IMG/VR virus record: IMGVR_UViG_3300025853_000045
Location: 26,953 to 90,952 of that record
DNA from: a virus
Reading direction: 5' to 3' (one strand)
DNA length: 64,000 nt
Of this stretch, positions 46,102 to 55,475 are shown one piece after another. How positions within the stretch are numbered: the first letter of the stretch is position 1; every line of letters begins with the position of its first letter. The notes below the pieces were generated by a model, which saw only the letters and a program-made list of their open reading frames with translations, was not told the origin of the DNA and did not search any database. Made by a program: the position numbers and the translations under genes.

Positions 46102-47420
46102 GGTTTGAAGATTTGGCGAACGCTGTGCTGTCAGCACAAACCGAGCCGAATCAACACAAGCAAATCCTCTCCGAACTGTTCCTGAAAAACAAGGACAGCG
46201 CGCATGACATCATTACAATATGTTGTGCAAACCCGCGCACATCCATCAAGCCTCATCATGTTGTCAAGATGTTGGCCGAATCGTATGGGTTGTTCCCTGA
46301 AGAATACGAATCCCTCATGGACGAACACGAAATGCCATCGCTTCTCGCAAGCGAATCACCAAACGAAACGCAGACGTCTGTCTCTTTGCGTGAGGCTATC
46401 GAAATCAAAGAGATGATAGTCAAGGGTGAGATGAACGCTGACGTCGTCTTCAAATCCTTGAGCCGAATCAGCGCAGGTGTGTTTTGGGCTTTCTGTTTTG
46501 GAAGAACCACCATCAACTATCGACGAATCATGCGTGCCATTGCGCACGTCACACCTTACGATACGAACCACCTACAAACCATGAGAACCATCATGCATTC
46601 AGGTGATGTTATACAGCGCGCTCTTGATGGAACACTCCCATCAGAATACAACATAGAGCCGAACTATCCATTCAAAGCACCCACTTATTCTCGATGGAAC
46701 AAGTGGTCAATCCCATTCACAAACACGCATTATGAAATTGTGCGTGGTAAAAATTACTTCGCCCATAGAAGTGCGGGAAGGGTATTTTCATTTGACCGCC
46801 ATGCTATACGAATCGCCCGCGCGCCACTCATCGAAGGTGAAGATGATGTGGTGTGTGAGTTGGACGAATCGGGGAACATTGTCGAATGGCTATACCGAGA
46901 TGGTGAGCCGAATCTATGGAAGAAGAACAGAAACGCGCGGGCTACGAATCCAAAGTTAATCAAAGACCGCGCTCACTTGAGAGCAATCGTTCAGTCATTG
47001 GAGGAAGGAGAAGTCCTGCGCCTCATAGATGCTGAACGACCCTACTTCCACAGCGGAGGTGTTGGAGGATTTATTGTGCCAAGAAGAACGTTTGATTTAC
47101 CGCTACTGATACTCGGAGGATACCGTGATGGAGATGGTATCCGAATCAAGATTGCCGCGCTCGACGGTTTCGAGCCTTTCCCTGTTGGCTACGCCTATGT
47201 GAAAGCAGACGACATACCTGACCGACTCGCACGATTGTATGATGCGCAGACCATGATTGAGATTGACGAAGGACTCATCGGTATCTTCCACTCACTCGGA
47301 TACATACACGAAGAGAAGATGATGCGCGCACCTTATCTTGCACGACTCGATACAACACTCGGTCAATCCGACGCCATTCAAATTGGAGATTTACTTGAAC
47401 GGAGTGAGCCGAATGGATGA
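46098..47420 (+). CDS. ATP-dependent DNA ligase homologue, apparently catalytically degenerate
   Basis: MRFEDLA start; YEIVRG.NYFAHRSAGRVFSFDR at the motif-I position; PYFHSG, FDLPLLILGGY and MRAPYLARL echo later ligase motifs. Confidence 0.6.
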   Translation: MRFEDLANAVLSAQTEPNQHKQILSELFLKNKDSAHDIITICCANPRTSIKPHHVVKMLAESYGLFPEEYESLMDEHEMPSLLASESPNETQTSVSLREAIEIKEMIVKGEMNADVVFKSLSRISAGVFWAFCFGRTTINYRRIMRAIAHVTPYDTNHLQTMRTIMHSGDVIQRALDGTLPSEYNIEPNYPFKAPTYSRWNKWSIPFTNTHYEIVRGKNYFAHRSAGRVFSFDRHAIRIARAPLIEGEDDVVCELDESGNIVEWLYRDGEPNLWKKNRNARATNPKLIKDRAHLRAIVQSLEEGEVLRLIDAERPYFHSGGVGGFIVPRRTFDLPLLILGGYRDGDGIRIKIAALDGFEPFPVGYAYVKADDIPDRLARLYDAQTMIEIDEGLIGIFHSLGYIHEEKMMRAPYLARLDTTLGQSDAIQIGDLLERSEPNG

Positions 47421-47766
47421 GGACTCGTTCTTTCTTGCATGGTTGGCGAGAGAATGTCGATTTCAAATCAGCGTTCACTTCGCACCCAAGACACGCATTG
47501 GGTATCGAGTTGAACGACGTGTGTTGGTGAGCCGAAAAGACGAACCCGCCCTCAACATGTGGCTCGCCACGCAGGGTGTCAATGCGAGAGTCATCAAAGA
47601 CGCCGCCCTCATTCGTCAGGTTATACGAATCCTCACCCCCGTCAAGCAGTATGTGGCCGACATGGACAACATGCTCAAGATGATTCGACTGATGGATTAC
47701 AAAGGTCGGTCTCCTACACATCAAGAAATCGAAGACATCATCCGAATGATTGACGGTGATAGTTGA
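47413..47766 (+). CDS. Degenerate single-motif LAGLIDADG protein
   Basis: FLAWLARECRFQISV..PKTRIGYRVERRVLVSRKD follows the I-CreI-like pattern. Confidence 0.6.
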   Translation: MDEDSFFLAWLARECRFQISVHFAPKTRIGYRVERRVLVSRKDEPALNMWLATQGVNARVIKDAALIRQVIRILTPVKQYVADMDNMLKMIRLMDYKGRSPTHQEIEDIIRMIDGDS

Positions 47767-47789
47767 AGTTCGTTATCCACGTCTGTTAC

Positions 47790-47870
47790 TTTTCATTATC
47801 AAGATTCTATTATTATTATGATAATAAGAAGTAATTTATTATTCTTATAATAATAATAAGATAATATCGA
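47790..47870. promoter_or_regulatory. AT-rich island with palindromes; candidate replication origin or regulator site
   Basis: TTATTAT-G-ATAATAA (47813-47827) and TCTTATAATAATAATAAGA; precedes the replication operon. Confidence 0.6.
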
Positions 47871-47890
47871 GAAAACGTGCCTCCGAACTT

Positions 47891-47920
47891 AGGGGGTTTA
47901 TAAGTGAACGCGGAATATGT
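47891..47920 (+). promoter_or_regulatory. Promoter copy 2: G-run + TATAAGTGAACGCGGAATATGT
   Basis: Identical 22-mer to 27390-27411, at almost the same distance from the start codon. Confidence 0.85.
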
Positions 47921-47941
47921 CGAGACGGTTGAGGCGAAAAA

Positions 47942-48826
47942 ATGAAATTTGAACCTGAAAATTTAGAAGAATACATCGGTCATGATGACCCGAACAATCC
48001 GCTGTTTTATCTCGACGAGTGGGATAGTGATAGCCCCCAATGTCTCCTGTTTCATGGAGACGCAGGACTCGGTAAAACAACGGCGGCTTACATCTTAGCC
48101 AAACAACTGAACCTCGACATCGTCGAATACAACGCTTCTGATGAGCGCGGTATTGAGTTCATCCGAACCAAGTTGAAGACCGTATCGAATGCCGCTCCAC
48201 TATGGGATGGCGGTCGACTTATCCTGTTGGATGAGGCTGATGGTCTGACGAAGTCAGCACAAGATTCTCTTAAGAGAATCATGGAGAAAAGCAATTGTTG
48301 GTGGGTCTTGACCTGCAATGACAAGTCCAAGATAATTTCACCAATTGTATCCCGCTGTGTAGCATTCCCATTCAAGCGATACAACCAAAAACAAATCCGC
48401 GCGTATGTCAATGTTCTGTTTTCTAAGACAGGAGTGATGTCGAAGGACAGCCCCGCAGTATTGCAGTCGCAGTTCGGTGGAGACCTTCGCGCAATCGGTA
48501 AACACATCTTGAGCGGTAAAGAAGTCGGTGATTTTCAAGACCAAACATCTCTCGACAAAGTCGCACTTTCTTTGGCGGCAGGAGATTGGAATACAACTCA
48601 CAAAACGATGCTTGAACTTATTCGTTCAGGCGCGTCCCTTCATTATTTGATGAGGGAGATTCACAATTACGTTAAATCCGTAGGGCTTCCTTCGGAAAGA
48701 CTATATACATTCTATGTCGTATGGGGAGATTTCGTGTTAAGAATGAACCAATGGCCCCTCGATGAAGAGTCCTTCGTGGACTATTTCATTGCGAGTCTAT
48801 ACGACATTGACAACAAAAAACAATAG
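47942..48826 (+). CDS. rfcS: Replication factor C small subunit (clamp loader)
   Basis: GDAGLGKTT, EYNASDERGIE, LLDEADGLT.SAQ and SRC motifs. Confidence 0.93.
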   Translation: MKFEPENLEEYIGHDDPNNPLFYLDEWDSDSPQCLLFHGDAGLGKTTAAYILAKQLNLDIVEYNASDERGIEFIRTKLKTVSNAAPLWDGGRLILLDEADGLTKSAQDSLKRIMEKSNCWWVLTCNDKSKIISPIVSRCVAFPFKRYNQKQIRAYVNVLFSKTGVMSKDSPAVLQSQFGGDLRAIGKHILSGKEVGDFQDQTSLDKVALSLAAGDWNTTHKTMLELIRSGASLHYLMREIHNYVKSVGLPSERLYTFYVVWGDFVLRMNQWPLDEESFVDYFIASLYDIDNKKQ

Positions 48827-48838
48827 GAGGAAAAAAAT

Positions 48839-50161
48839 ATGCCAAACCTAAACCAAAACGAAGCAAAAACGAACGAACAAAACAACGCAGGACTTCACCC
48901 TGAAGTCGAAGAGCGTCTCAAGTGGTGGGCTGAAAAGAACGCCAAGACTCTCGACGACGCAACAGGTGAATTCTTCACCTATCTGAAAACAGAAATGGGT
49001 GTTGACAATCCGAACGACGAAGATGACGAATTCATGGTGGATGCCGCCGAGACATTTGTCGTTGAACGACGAGTCATGAGTGGCGGAGCAAACAACGCTA
49101 CACAACTTGTTGGATACTTCGTCGGCGTCGACCCAAAGATGCGAGACGGACAAGAACGAAAGCGAACCCCTGCTGTATCAGCCGCGCTCAACAACCTTGA
49201 TGATGCAATTCAACAAGGACTTGTAGCACGCGCTTATACTGAAAACGGTGTATGGATGCTTGAAAAGAAAGACGGTGCTGTTGCGACAGAAGAACCTGCG
49301 GATACAAAACCGTGGTTCCTCTTCGACGAACAAGGTCTTTCGCTCGCCATCTTGCAGAACAATCCTGAATGGAGTCGTTACGGTGAACCAATCACACCGT
49401 TCCGCTATCAGCGAACGTATCACTTTCTCGGCAACGTCAAAGATAATTTCTTGGACGAACAAAGACTGTTGCGCATAACTGTTACATCAAACAATCCTGA
49501 AGAATGGTTTGTTCCACAGATGTTCAGCCCATGCACACTCAAGGTCCGACAACAATCAGCAAACGTCAAGCCTGAATGGGCTGATACATACAATGCTTAT
49601 GCTCTTCCCGGTGCTTTGACATACGGCGATGACTTTGTTGATGAAGAAGTCCGAGCAGTCATTCAACCATCCAAGTTGATTCCTGAACTCAATGCATACA
49701 TTGGTGATATGTCCACACTTGCCGAAGTCTTTGAGACGCGCCAAGAAGTCATACCGGGCTACAACCCTGTCGGCCCGATGGTCTTCGTTCGTGGTAAAGT
49801 CAGCGACATGCGAAAGGAAGCACGCGAAACCGAGTGGGACCCAACAGGTCATGACTATTCAATGAGCATCTCTTCTTTCGACCTCATGCGAACCTTCAAC
49901 GGTGGTCGACGACAAAACCTTCCATGCTACATTCATGGTCTTCTCGGAGACGCGGGTCATCCCTTTGAAGTAGCAACCGACGACGGTTGGAAGCCATACG
50001 CTGTCAAGTCCACAGTCATCGTCTTCGGACGATTGAGTGTTCGTGCGACTGATGACGGTGTCGAACCTGCCATCAAGACTCTCGGTGTCTATGCTGTTCC
50101 TCGCCTTGCAATCCCCGCAGGTGAGGGTGGCGAGACAAGCCTTGACCAATACGGAGCGTGA
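48839..50161 (+). CDS. Putative ssDNA-binding (multi-OB-fold, RPA-like) protein
   Basis: Beta-rich segments (VFVRGKVSD, VIVFGRL) and position in the replisome operon; function is inferred. Confidence 0.45.
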   Translation: MPNLNQNEAKTNEQNNAGLHPEVEERLKWWAEKNAKTLDDATGEFFTYLKTEMGVDNPNDEDDEFMVDAAETFVVERRVMSGGANNATQLVGYFVGVDPKMRDGQERKRTPAVSAALNNLDDAIQQGLVARAYTENGVWMLEKKDGAVATEEPADTKPWFLFDEQGLSLAILQNNPEWSRYGEPITPFRYQRTYHFLGNVKDNFLDEQRLLRITVTSNNPEEWFVPQMFSPCTLKVRQQSANVKPEWADTYNAYALPGALTYGDDFVDEEVRAVIQPSKLIPELNAYIGDMSTLAEVFETRQEVIPGYNPVGPMVFVRGKVSDMRKEARETEWDPTGHDYSMSISSFDLMRTFNGGRRQNLPCYIHGLLGDAGHPFEVATDDGWKPYAVKSTVIVFGRLSVRATDDGVEPAIKTLGVYAVPRLAIPAGEGGETSLDQYGA

Positions 50162-50166
50162 AAAGA

Positions 50167-51171
50167 ATGCCAAACTTGAATGATTTGAAGAAAGAAGCCA
50201 AGAAAGAATTTGACCCAAACACAGGTGAGACTGTTGAAGTTACACCTGATTTGGTCAACGAAAAGAAAAGCGACAGACAACCCATTGCTACATCAGTATG
50301 GGATGAAATCGTAAACGCAGGAGATACAGTCCCGAACGACATGATTCTTTGTGGTCTTGTAGGACCCGAAGGAGTCGGTAAGACAGGAATCGTTCTTGAC
50401 AGCATGACGCCTGAAGAGAAAGCGCGCGGAGATGTAATCTTTGTGTTGGACTTCGACGGTGGCGGACAAACAACTCGCGTTACTCATCATCGAGAACATG
50501 CGAAGAACATCCGTTGTCTCAACCCAAGCGTTATGTTTGAAACACTTGATGAAGATGGAGAGACGCGTGAAGCAATTGATTACCCTGCTACACACCGACG
50601 TGTGATGAAGATTGGACAGACCCTTGTCGATTGGGCGGCGAATCCCGGCGACAGACCTCAACTCCATTCAGTCCTCTTTACTGCTGTCGACTTGTGGGAT
50701 AGCGTTGCAACCAACTGTATGTTCATCGAAGACTTAGGAACTGCTCCTGATGGTATTGGTGCGAAGGTTGCACCACATCAACAGATTGGTATGCGATTCA
50801 ATTGGCAGATTCGTTCGACACGATTCCACCAACTCACGACCATCGCTCGCACATTGATGTCGCTTGGAGTCCGCGTCTATTTGGAAACGCACTTCAAAGA
50901 CCTACAAGATAAGTCGGGAACTGTCATTGGGAAGAAGGCCGCATGGGAGAAGTCCACAGCAAACTATCTCAATCAAATTCTTTACTTCCACAAAACAAAG
51001 GTGCGCGGTGAAGATGGTTCTCCGACAGGTGAAACGCGATACGAGGTTGAGTTTGTCAAGTGCAAAACCAATCCTAAACTGCTCGACCAACGTCGAACAA
51101 TCATGATTACAAAGAAGGATGAAATGCCACAATGGTTCGGACTTCCTGAACTCCGAGAGGATGGAATATGA
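50167..51171 (+). CDS. P-loop ATPase (RecA/Sak4/AAA_24-like recombination protein)
   Basis: GPEGVGKT, VLDFDGG, LETH.K. Confidence 0.7.
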   Translation: MPNLNDLKKEAKKEFDPNTGETVEVTPDLVNEKKSDRQPIATSVWDEIVNAGDTVPNDMILCGLVGPEGVGKTGIVLDSMTPEEKARGDVIFVLDFDGGGQTTRVTHHREHAKNIRCLNPSVMFETLDEDGETREAIDYPATHRRVMKIGQTLVDWAANPGDRPQLHSVLFTAVDLWDSVATNCMFIEDLGTAPDGIGAKVAPHQQIGMRFNWQIRSTRFHQLTTIARTLMSLGVRVYLETHFKDLQDKSGTVIGKKAAWEKSTANYLNQILYFHKTKVRGEDGSPTGETRYEVEFVKCKTNPKLLDQRRTIMITKKDEMPQWFGLPELREDGI

Positions 51172-51527
51172 ATTGGAAGAAGACAGGCACACCCGCTCAC
51201 AATAGTGCTGTTGAGCGAAGCGCGGAAGACGTTGATGAGTACGAAGCCAACCCCACTTGTAGTGAGTGTGGTGGAAGCGGAGAAATCATCATAGAACAAC
51301 CTGTTCGCAACTACGAAGGAGAGTGCGTTGATGTTGAATTCATCAATCATCCCTGCGATTGCATCTTCGTCAAGTGGCAAGTGCTACCTGAAAAGAACTG
51401 TAAGCAATGCAAAGGAACAGGTCAAGTGCAAGAACGATTGCTCCATCCTGACACAAAGGAAGAGTTTGTTCGATTCCACGACTGCGTCTGTTTACGATAC
51501 GTCCGAGAGGTGAAAATCAATGAGTGA
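51168..51527 (+). CDS. Tandem DnaJ-type Zn-finger protein
   Basis: CSECGGSG...CDC and CKQCKGTG...CVC. Confidence 0.75.
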   Translation: MNWKKTGTPAHNSAVERSAEDVDEYEANPTCSECGGSGEIIIEQPVRNYEGECVDVEFINHPCDCIFVKWQVLPEKNCKQCKGTGQVQERLLHPDTKEEFVRFHDCVCLRYVREVKINE

Positions 51528-51705
51528 AAAAGTAAGACACATCATAAAAAACAAAGCCCGATTGTGTGGCTCGCAAGGTAACTACGAGCCTGTTGGCACA
51601 AATACTGAATTACTGTTGTGCAACGATTGCCGAACAATACACTACACTCAAACAGGAGAGTGGCTATATGCAGACAGTGAAGCACCCGATGAAGGTGATG
51701 ATTGA
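51520..51705 (+). CDS. Small Cys/His protein
   Basis: GAGGTGA RBS; H...LCG...CNDC. Confidence 0.6.
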   Translation: MSEKVRHIIKNKARLCGSQGNYEPVGTNTELLLCNDCRTIHYTQTGEWLYADSEAPDEGDD

Positions 51706-52476
51706 ATGAGTCTTGTTCAAGCAAAATTCGATACAGAATCTTTGTGTGCTTTCATCAACGGCTTCGGTGAAGGGGTCAACGACCTCCGATGTCAGATTGC
51801 TAACATGAAGATGACTGCTTCCGTTGATGTCGAGACACACTTCTTTAGGAATTCTGTTTCGATATTGATGACGTCAGATGGAGGTTCGTATAAGCAGGGC
51901 GATGTATTCATTCCCCAAATCGACAAGGTTGTTGCGTTCCTCAAATTCTGTGACAGAAAGACGCCTACGATGTTGCGTCATTCAGCGGGTATTCTTACCT
52001 TGAGTAACGGTGACGACACATACACAATACCAACGTATCGCGATGTGCTTTCATACGCAAGTGTGGAGCGCGCGCATTCAGCAATTGACAAAGCAAAGAA
52101 GAACAGTTGGGGTTTACTTGGTCGCGCGAAAATTCAAGCGCATGGCTCATTCATGATGAGTGAGTTGCATGGCCTTCAAACCATGACCAAAGCCACATCC
52201 AAAGATGCACCTGTCCGTGTGTCAGTAACCGATGGACAGATGAAAGTGTCAGCGGGTCAAGCAAGAGGCGCGCGTATGACAAGAGTCATTGAAACAAATT
52301 CAGAAACCACATGGGAAGATTGCGAATCAGTCTTCTCTTCTTCACTTCCTTCGTTGTTGAGGATTATGCCAAGCGGTGTTATCCATTACCACATGGGAGA
52401 AAAGAGTGCGTTGATTTTGGACAACCAAGACACAGGTGCGCTTCTTGTTTTGAAACATCAGGAGGGTGTTGATTGA
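51706..52476 (+). CDS. PCNA-like sliding clamp
   Basis: 256 aa with a two-domain alpha/beta periodicity; directly upstream of PolB and in the same operon as RFC. Confidence 0.6.
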   Translation: MSLVQAKFDTESLCAFINGFGEGVNDLRCQIANMKMTASVDVETHFFRNSVSILMTSDGGSYKQGDVFIPQIDKVVAFLKFCDRKTPTMLRHSAGILTLSNGDDTYTIPTYRDVLSYASVERAHSAIDKAKKNSWGLLGRAKIQAHGSFMMSELHGLQTMTKATSKDAPVRVSVTDGQMKVSAGQARGARMTRVIETNSETTWEDCESVFSSSLPSLLRIMPSGVIHYHMGEKSALILDNQDTGALLVLKHQEGVD

Positions 52477-54800
52477 TTATCGACGTGACTTACTACGATG
52501 ATTCAGCACCCTTTGTTTACAAGCGATGGCGAGATGAAGACGGAAATCTCATCGAGAAGGTTCACGACGACATCTTACCCTACATGTATATCCCAAAGGC
52601 AACGAGCAACTACGCTATTGAGCGCGCGCTAAGAGGTTATCCGAACGCAGAAGTTGTTGATGGTCATTGGGAAGCATTGGACGGGACGCTACTTAAAAAG
52701 GTGACATCGACCAATCCATTCGACATCATGGCGATGACCAAAATGTTCTCATCAACCTACGAAGGTGATGTGCGATTTGAAGACCAAGTCCTCATTGATA
52801 CAGTCAAAGAGATGCCAAAATGGAAGCCGCGCAAGTGGTGGTATGATATTGAATGCAACACAGGTGATGATAAATTCACGACTGTTATCGCTGTCATCGA
52901 CTCCGACCTCGACACACCCGTTGTCTTTGCATGGGCTGATGAGCGAACCAATTGTTCATTACCTCATACTCAAGCGGGTCTTTGGGATAGGAGTGTGCGA
53001 GACATAGAATATCATCTGCGACTTTACACTTCGGAGAAAGACATGTATGACGGATTCATTGAGTTCCTTCAAGCGCGCAATCCCGACATGATGATTGCTC
53101 ACGCGGGAACATTCTTTGACATACCTCACATGATTGAACGCCTTGACAAGATTTACGGTCATGGCGGTGCGTCGAAGTTAAGTCCTATGGGTGTCATTCG
53201 ATACCCAAGAAAGGGAGAGCGATACAGATACGACGCGCAACCTATTGCAGGACGCATTCAGTTCGACACATCAGCACCCGAAGGCACAGGGACAGGATTT
53301 GAACGTGTATGGAAAGACAGCGGAGGCGGACAATTACCGAACCTCAAGTTGAATACCATTGCTGAAACACTCGGACTCGGTTCAAAGTTGACCGAAGAGA
53401 TTGAAGGCATGACCGTTCACAACGGTTGGTATGAACATTGGGAAGACTTCGTCGACTACTGTTTGCTCGACACCGCCCTCCTTCGTGGTATTGACGAAGC
53501 ACGAAACGTGACCGACTTTTACATGGAGATGGTTCGACTTACAGGTGTTTCTTTCAAGTCTGTATCGAACGTAACAAACTTTGCGCGCGGTCTTATTTCA
53601 CGAAGAACAGGACTTAAAGCAATGTCGCGATACAAGTCGACGCATGACAAATTACAGGGCGCGGAGTTCATTAGAAAGGACAACGGTCTCTATGAGAACA
53701 TCGCTGTTCTCGATTACAAGGGGCTGTATCCATCGTTGATGACAGGGTTCAATCTTTGTTGGACAACGAAACGAGACGGACCCGGACCCGGCATTATTGA
53801 ATTGGAGAACGGAACGTTTTGGGACCAAAAGACCAAAGGCATTCTCCCTCAAATCGTCGATTACCTCTTTGATTATCGCGACGAGTGTAAGCAAAAGATG
53901 AGAGACGCTGAAACTAAAGAAGAGCGACTTGCATGGAACACAACACAATCAGCAGTCAAGCGCGTCATGGCGTCACTTTACGGTATGACCGCACACGCAG
54001 GATACGGTTGGTCTGACATGGATATTGCCGACACCATCCTTTCACAGGGACGTCGATGCATTGCTTTGCTTGATTCAGTAGCAACCAAGATGGGATACAA
54101 TGTCATCTATGGTTTCACCGATTCCGCTTTCATCGAAGTTCCTCTTGAGGATGCCGAGCGATTAGCACAGCGCGTAACAGAAGTTGTTCAACAAGAGACG
54201 GGTAACAAAAAGTTGTTTGCTGAACTTGAGGCTTACATGCCGTATTGGTTCTTAGCAGGAAGCAATATGTATGCAGGTATCGTTTCGTATCCCGAAGAAG
54301 ACAAAGGCAAATGGAAAAATGCCAACTTCATGAAGGGAAGCAACATCGCGCCTATCAGCAAACGTGCTGAAAGAACAGTTCTTGAACTCATATGCAACGG
54401 TGCATCAGAAGGTGATGTGCGCAACGCAGTCCTTGAGATGGTTATGCCTATTCGTAAAGGCGAATACAATTTCAAGGAAATAACACAATCGACACGCATC
54501 GGTGTGTTATCAAAACGAACAGCGGCAGGACAAGCCGCGCTATACTACAACACACACAACGATGAGAAATTCAAAGTCGGTGATAACGTGCAATACATCT
54601 ATGTGTCGCACCCTCCACAAGGAATGCCACCGACCAAGTATGCCGCTTATCGTGAAGAACATGAACTCGACGGATACGAAGTTGACCAAACGGCTATCGT
54701 TCAGAAGTTGGTTCAGAAAAAAATCGAAGCAATCTTCAAAATCTTAGGTTGGGATATTGAAGCCGCTATGGGGAAACCCAAACCTGCAACCTATTGGTGA
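52473..54800 (+). CDS. polB: Family B DNA polymerase
   Basis: ExoI YDIEC, ExoII FFDIP, ExoIII YCLLD, motif A LDYKGLYPS, motif B KRVMASLYG, motif C YGFTDS. Confidence 0.96.
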   Translation: MIIDVTYYDDSAPFVYKRWRDEDGNLIEKVHDDILPYMYIPKATSNYAIERALRGYPNAEVVDGHWEALDGTLLKKVTSTNPFDIMAMTKMFSSTYEGDVRFEDQVLIDTVKEMPKWKPRKWWYDIECNTGDDKFTTVIAVIDSDLDTPVVFAWADERTNCSLPHTQAGLWDRSVRDIEYHLRLYTSEKDMYDGFIEFLQARNPDMMIAHAGTFFDIPHMIERLDKIYGHGGASKLSPMGVIRYPRKGERYRYDAQPIAGRIQFDTSAPEGTGTGFERVWKDSGGGQLPNLKLNTIAETLGLGSKLTEEIEGMTVHNGWYEHWEDFVDYCLLDTALLRGIDEARNVTDFYMEMVRLTGVSFKSVSNVTNFARGLISRRTGLKAMSRYKSTHDKLQGAEFIRKDNGLYENIAVLDYKGLYPSLMTGFNLCWTTKRDGPGPGIIELENGTFWDQKTKGILPQIVDYLFDYRDECKQKMRDAETKEERLAWNTTQSAVKRVMASLYGMTAHAGYGWSDMDIADTILSQGRRCIALLDSVATKMGYNVIYGFTDSAFIEVPLEDAERLAQRVTEVVQQETGNKKLFAELEAYMPYWFLAGSNMYAGIVSYPEEDKGKWKNANFMKGSNIAPISKRAERTVLELICNGASEGDVRNAVLEMVMPIRKGEYNFKEITQSTRIGVLSKRTAAGQAALYYNTHNDEKFKVGDNVQYIYVSHPPQGMPPTKYAAYREEHELDGYEVDQTAIVQKLVQKKIEAIFKILGWDIEAAMGKPKPATYW

Positions 54801-55042
54801 TGACCATGACAAACGAAGAACACATACAAAAATTGGAAGCCCGAATAAACGAACTTGAAAAGCAAGTAAGCGAACTTGACGGAATAGCAAGCGCGCGTCT
54901 TGATTCTCTTGAAGAAGACCTACCTCATGTTGCTAAATTAGCACGCGCAGTTGCGGAACTTCAAGAAGAACTGCAACGTAAGTTCCCTGACCTATATTTC
55001 ATCAACAAGATTGATGCTCCGACAATGGTGGGTCAGCAATGA
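54800..55042 (+). CDS. Small coiled-coil protein
   Basis: Heptad repeats; overlaps the polB stop. Confidence 0.7.
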   Translation: MTMTNEEHIQKLEARINELEKQVSELDGIASARLDSLEEDLPHVAKLARAVAELQEELQRKFPDLYFINKIDAPTMVGQQ

Positions 55043-55335
55043 ATGTTGAATTGACCTATTTTGAAACAGGAACGAAAGAAATTAAATCAGCCAAAGGCGA
55101 ACTTTTTTTCGGAGATGCTTTACTTGGTGAATACATTGGTGTTAAGAATACCAAATCAAGACTGCCATATCTCTTGATACCTACTGCAACAATTGTTTCG
55201 ATAGCAATTGAAGACTTGGATGAAGACCTTTACATGGTCGATGTCGATAGTGTGCGACGTTCAAAAGAACTTGCGCTACGCAGAATTTCAAACGATATCG
55301 ACAGGGAGACAAACGACGGGAGAGCATTTCAATGA
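55039..55335 (+). CDS. Hypothetical protein
   Basis: ATGA overlap. Confidence 0.7.
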   Translation: MNVELTYFETGTKEIKSAKGELFFGDALLGEYIGVKNTKSRLPYLLIPTATIVSIAIEDLDEDLYMVDVDSVRRSKELALRRISNDIDRETNDGRAFQ

Positions 55336-55475
55336 TTGATGCGAAGTTGATTTGTGGACATGTTGAATCTGACGGTTGCGATTGCTACTGTCCTCGATGC
55401 GATAAGCGTCTAAGCACAGACCCCGAACTCAATGCACCCTGCGAGCATTGCCTTGAAATCTTGGAGGAAGAATGA
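55332..55475 (+). CDS. Small Cys-rich protein (47 aa)
   Basis: MIDAKLICGH...CDCYCPRC...CEHC; ATGA overlaps at both ends. Confidence 0.65.
   Translation: MIDAKLICGHVESDGCDCYCPRCDKRLSTDPELNAPCEHCLEILEEE

Noticed and set aside
47773-47781. DnaA box (TTATCCACG)
   Set aside because: A single imperfect copy in an archaeal-type virus; chance is sufficient.
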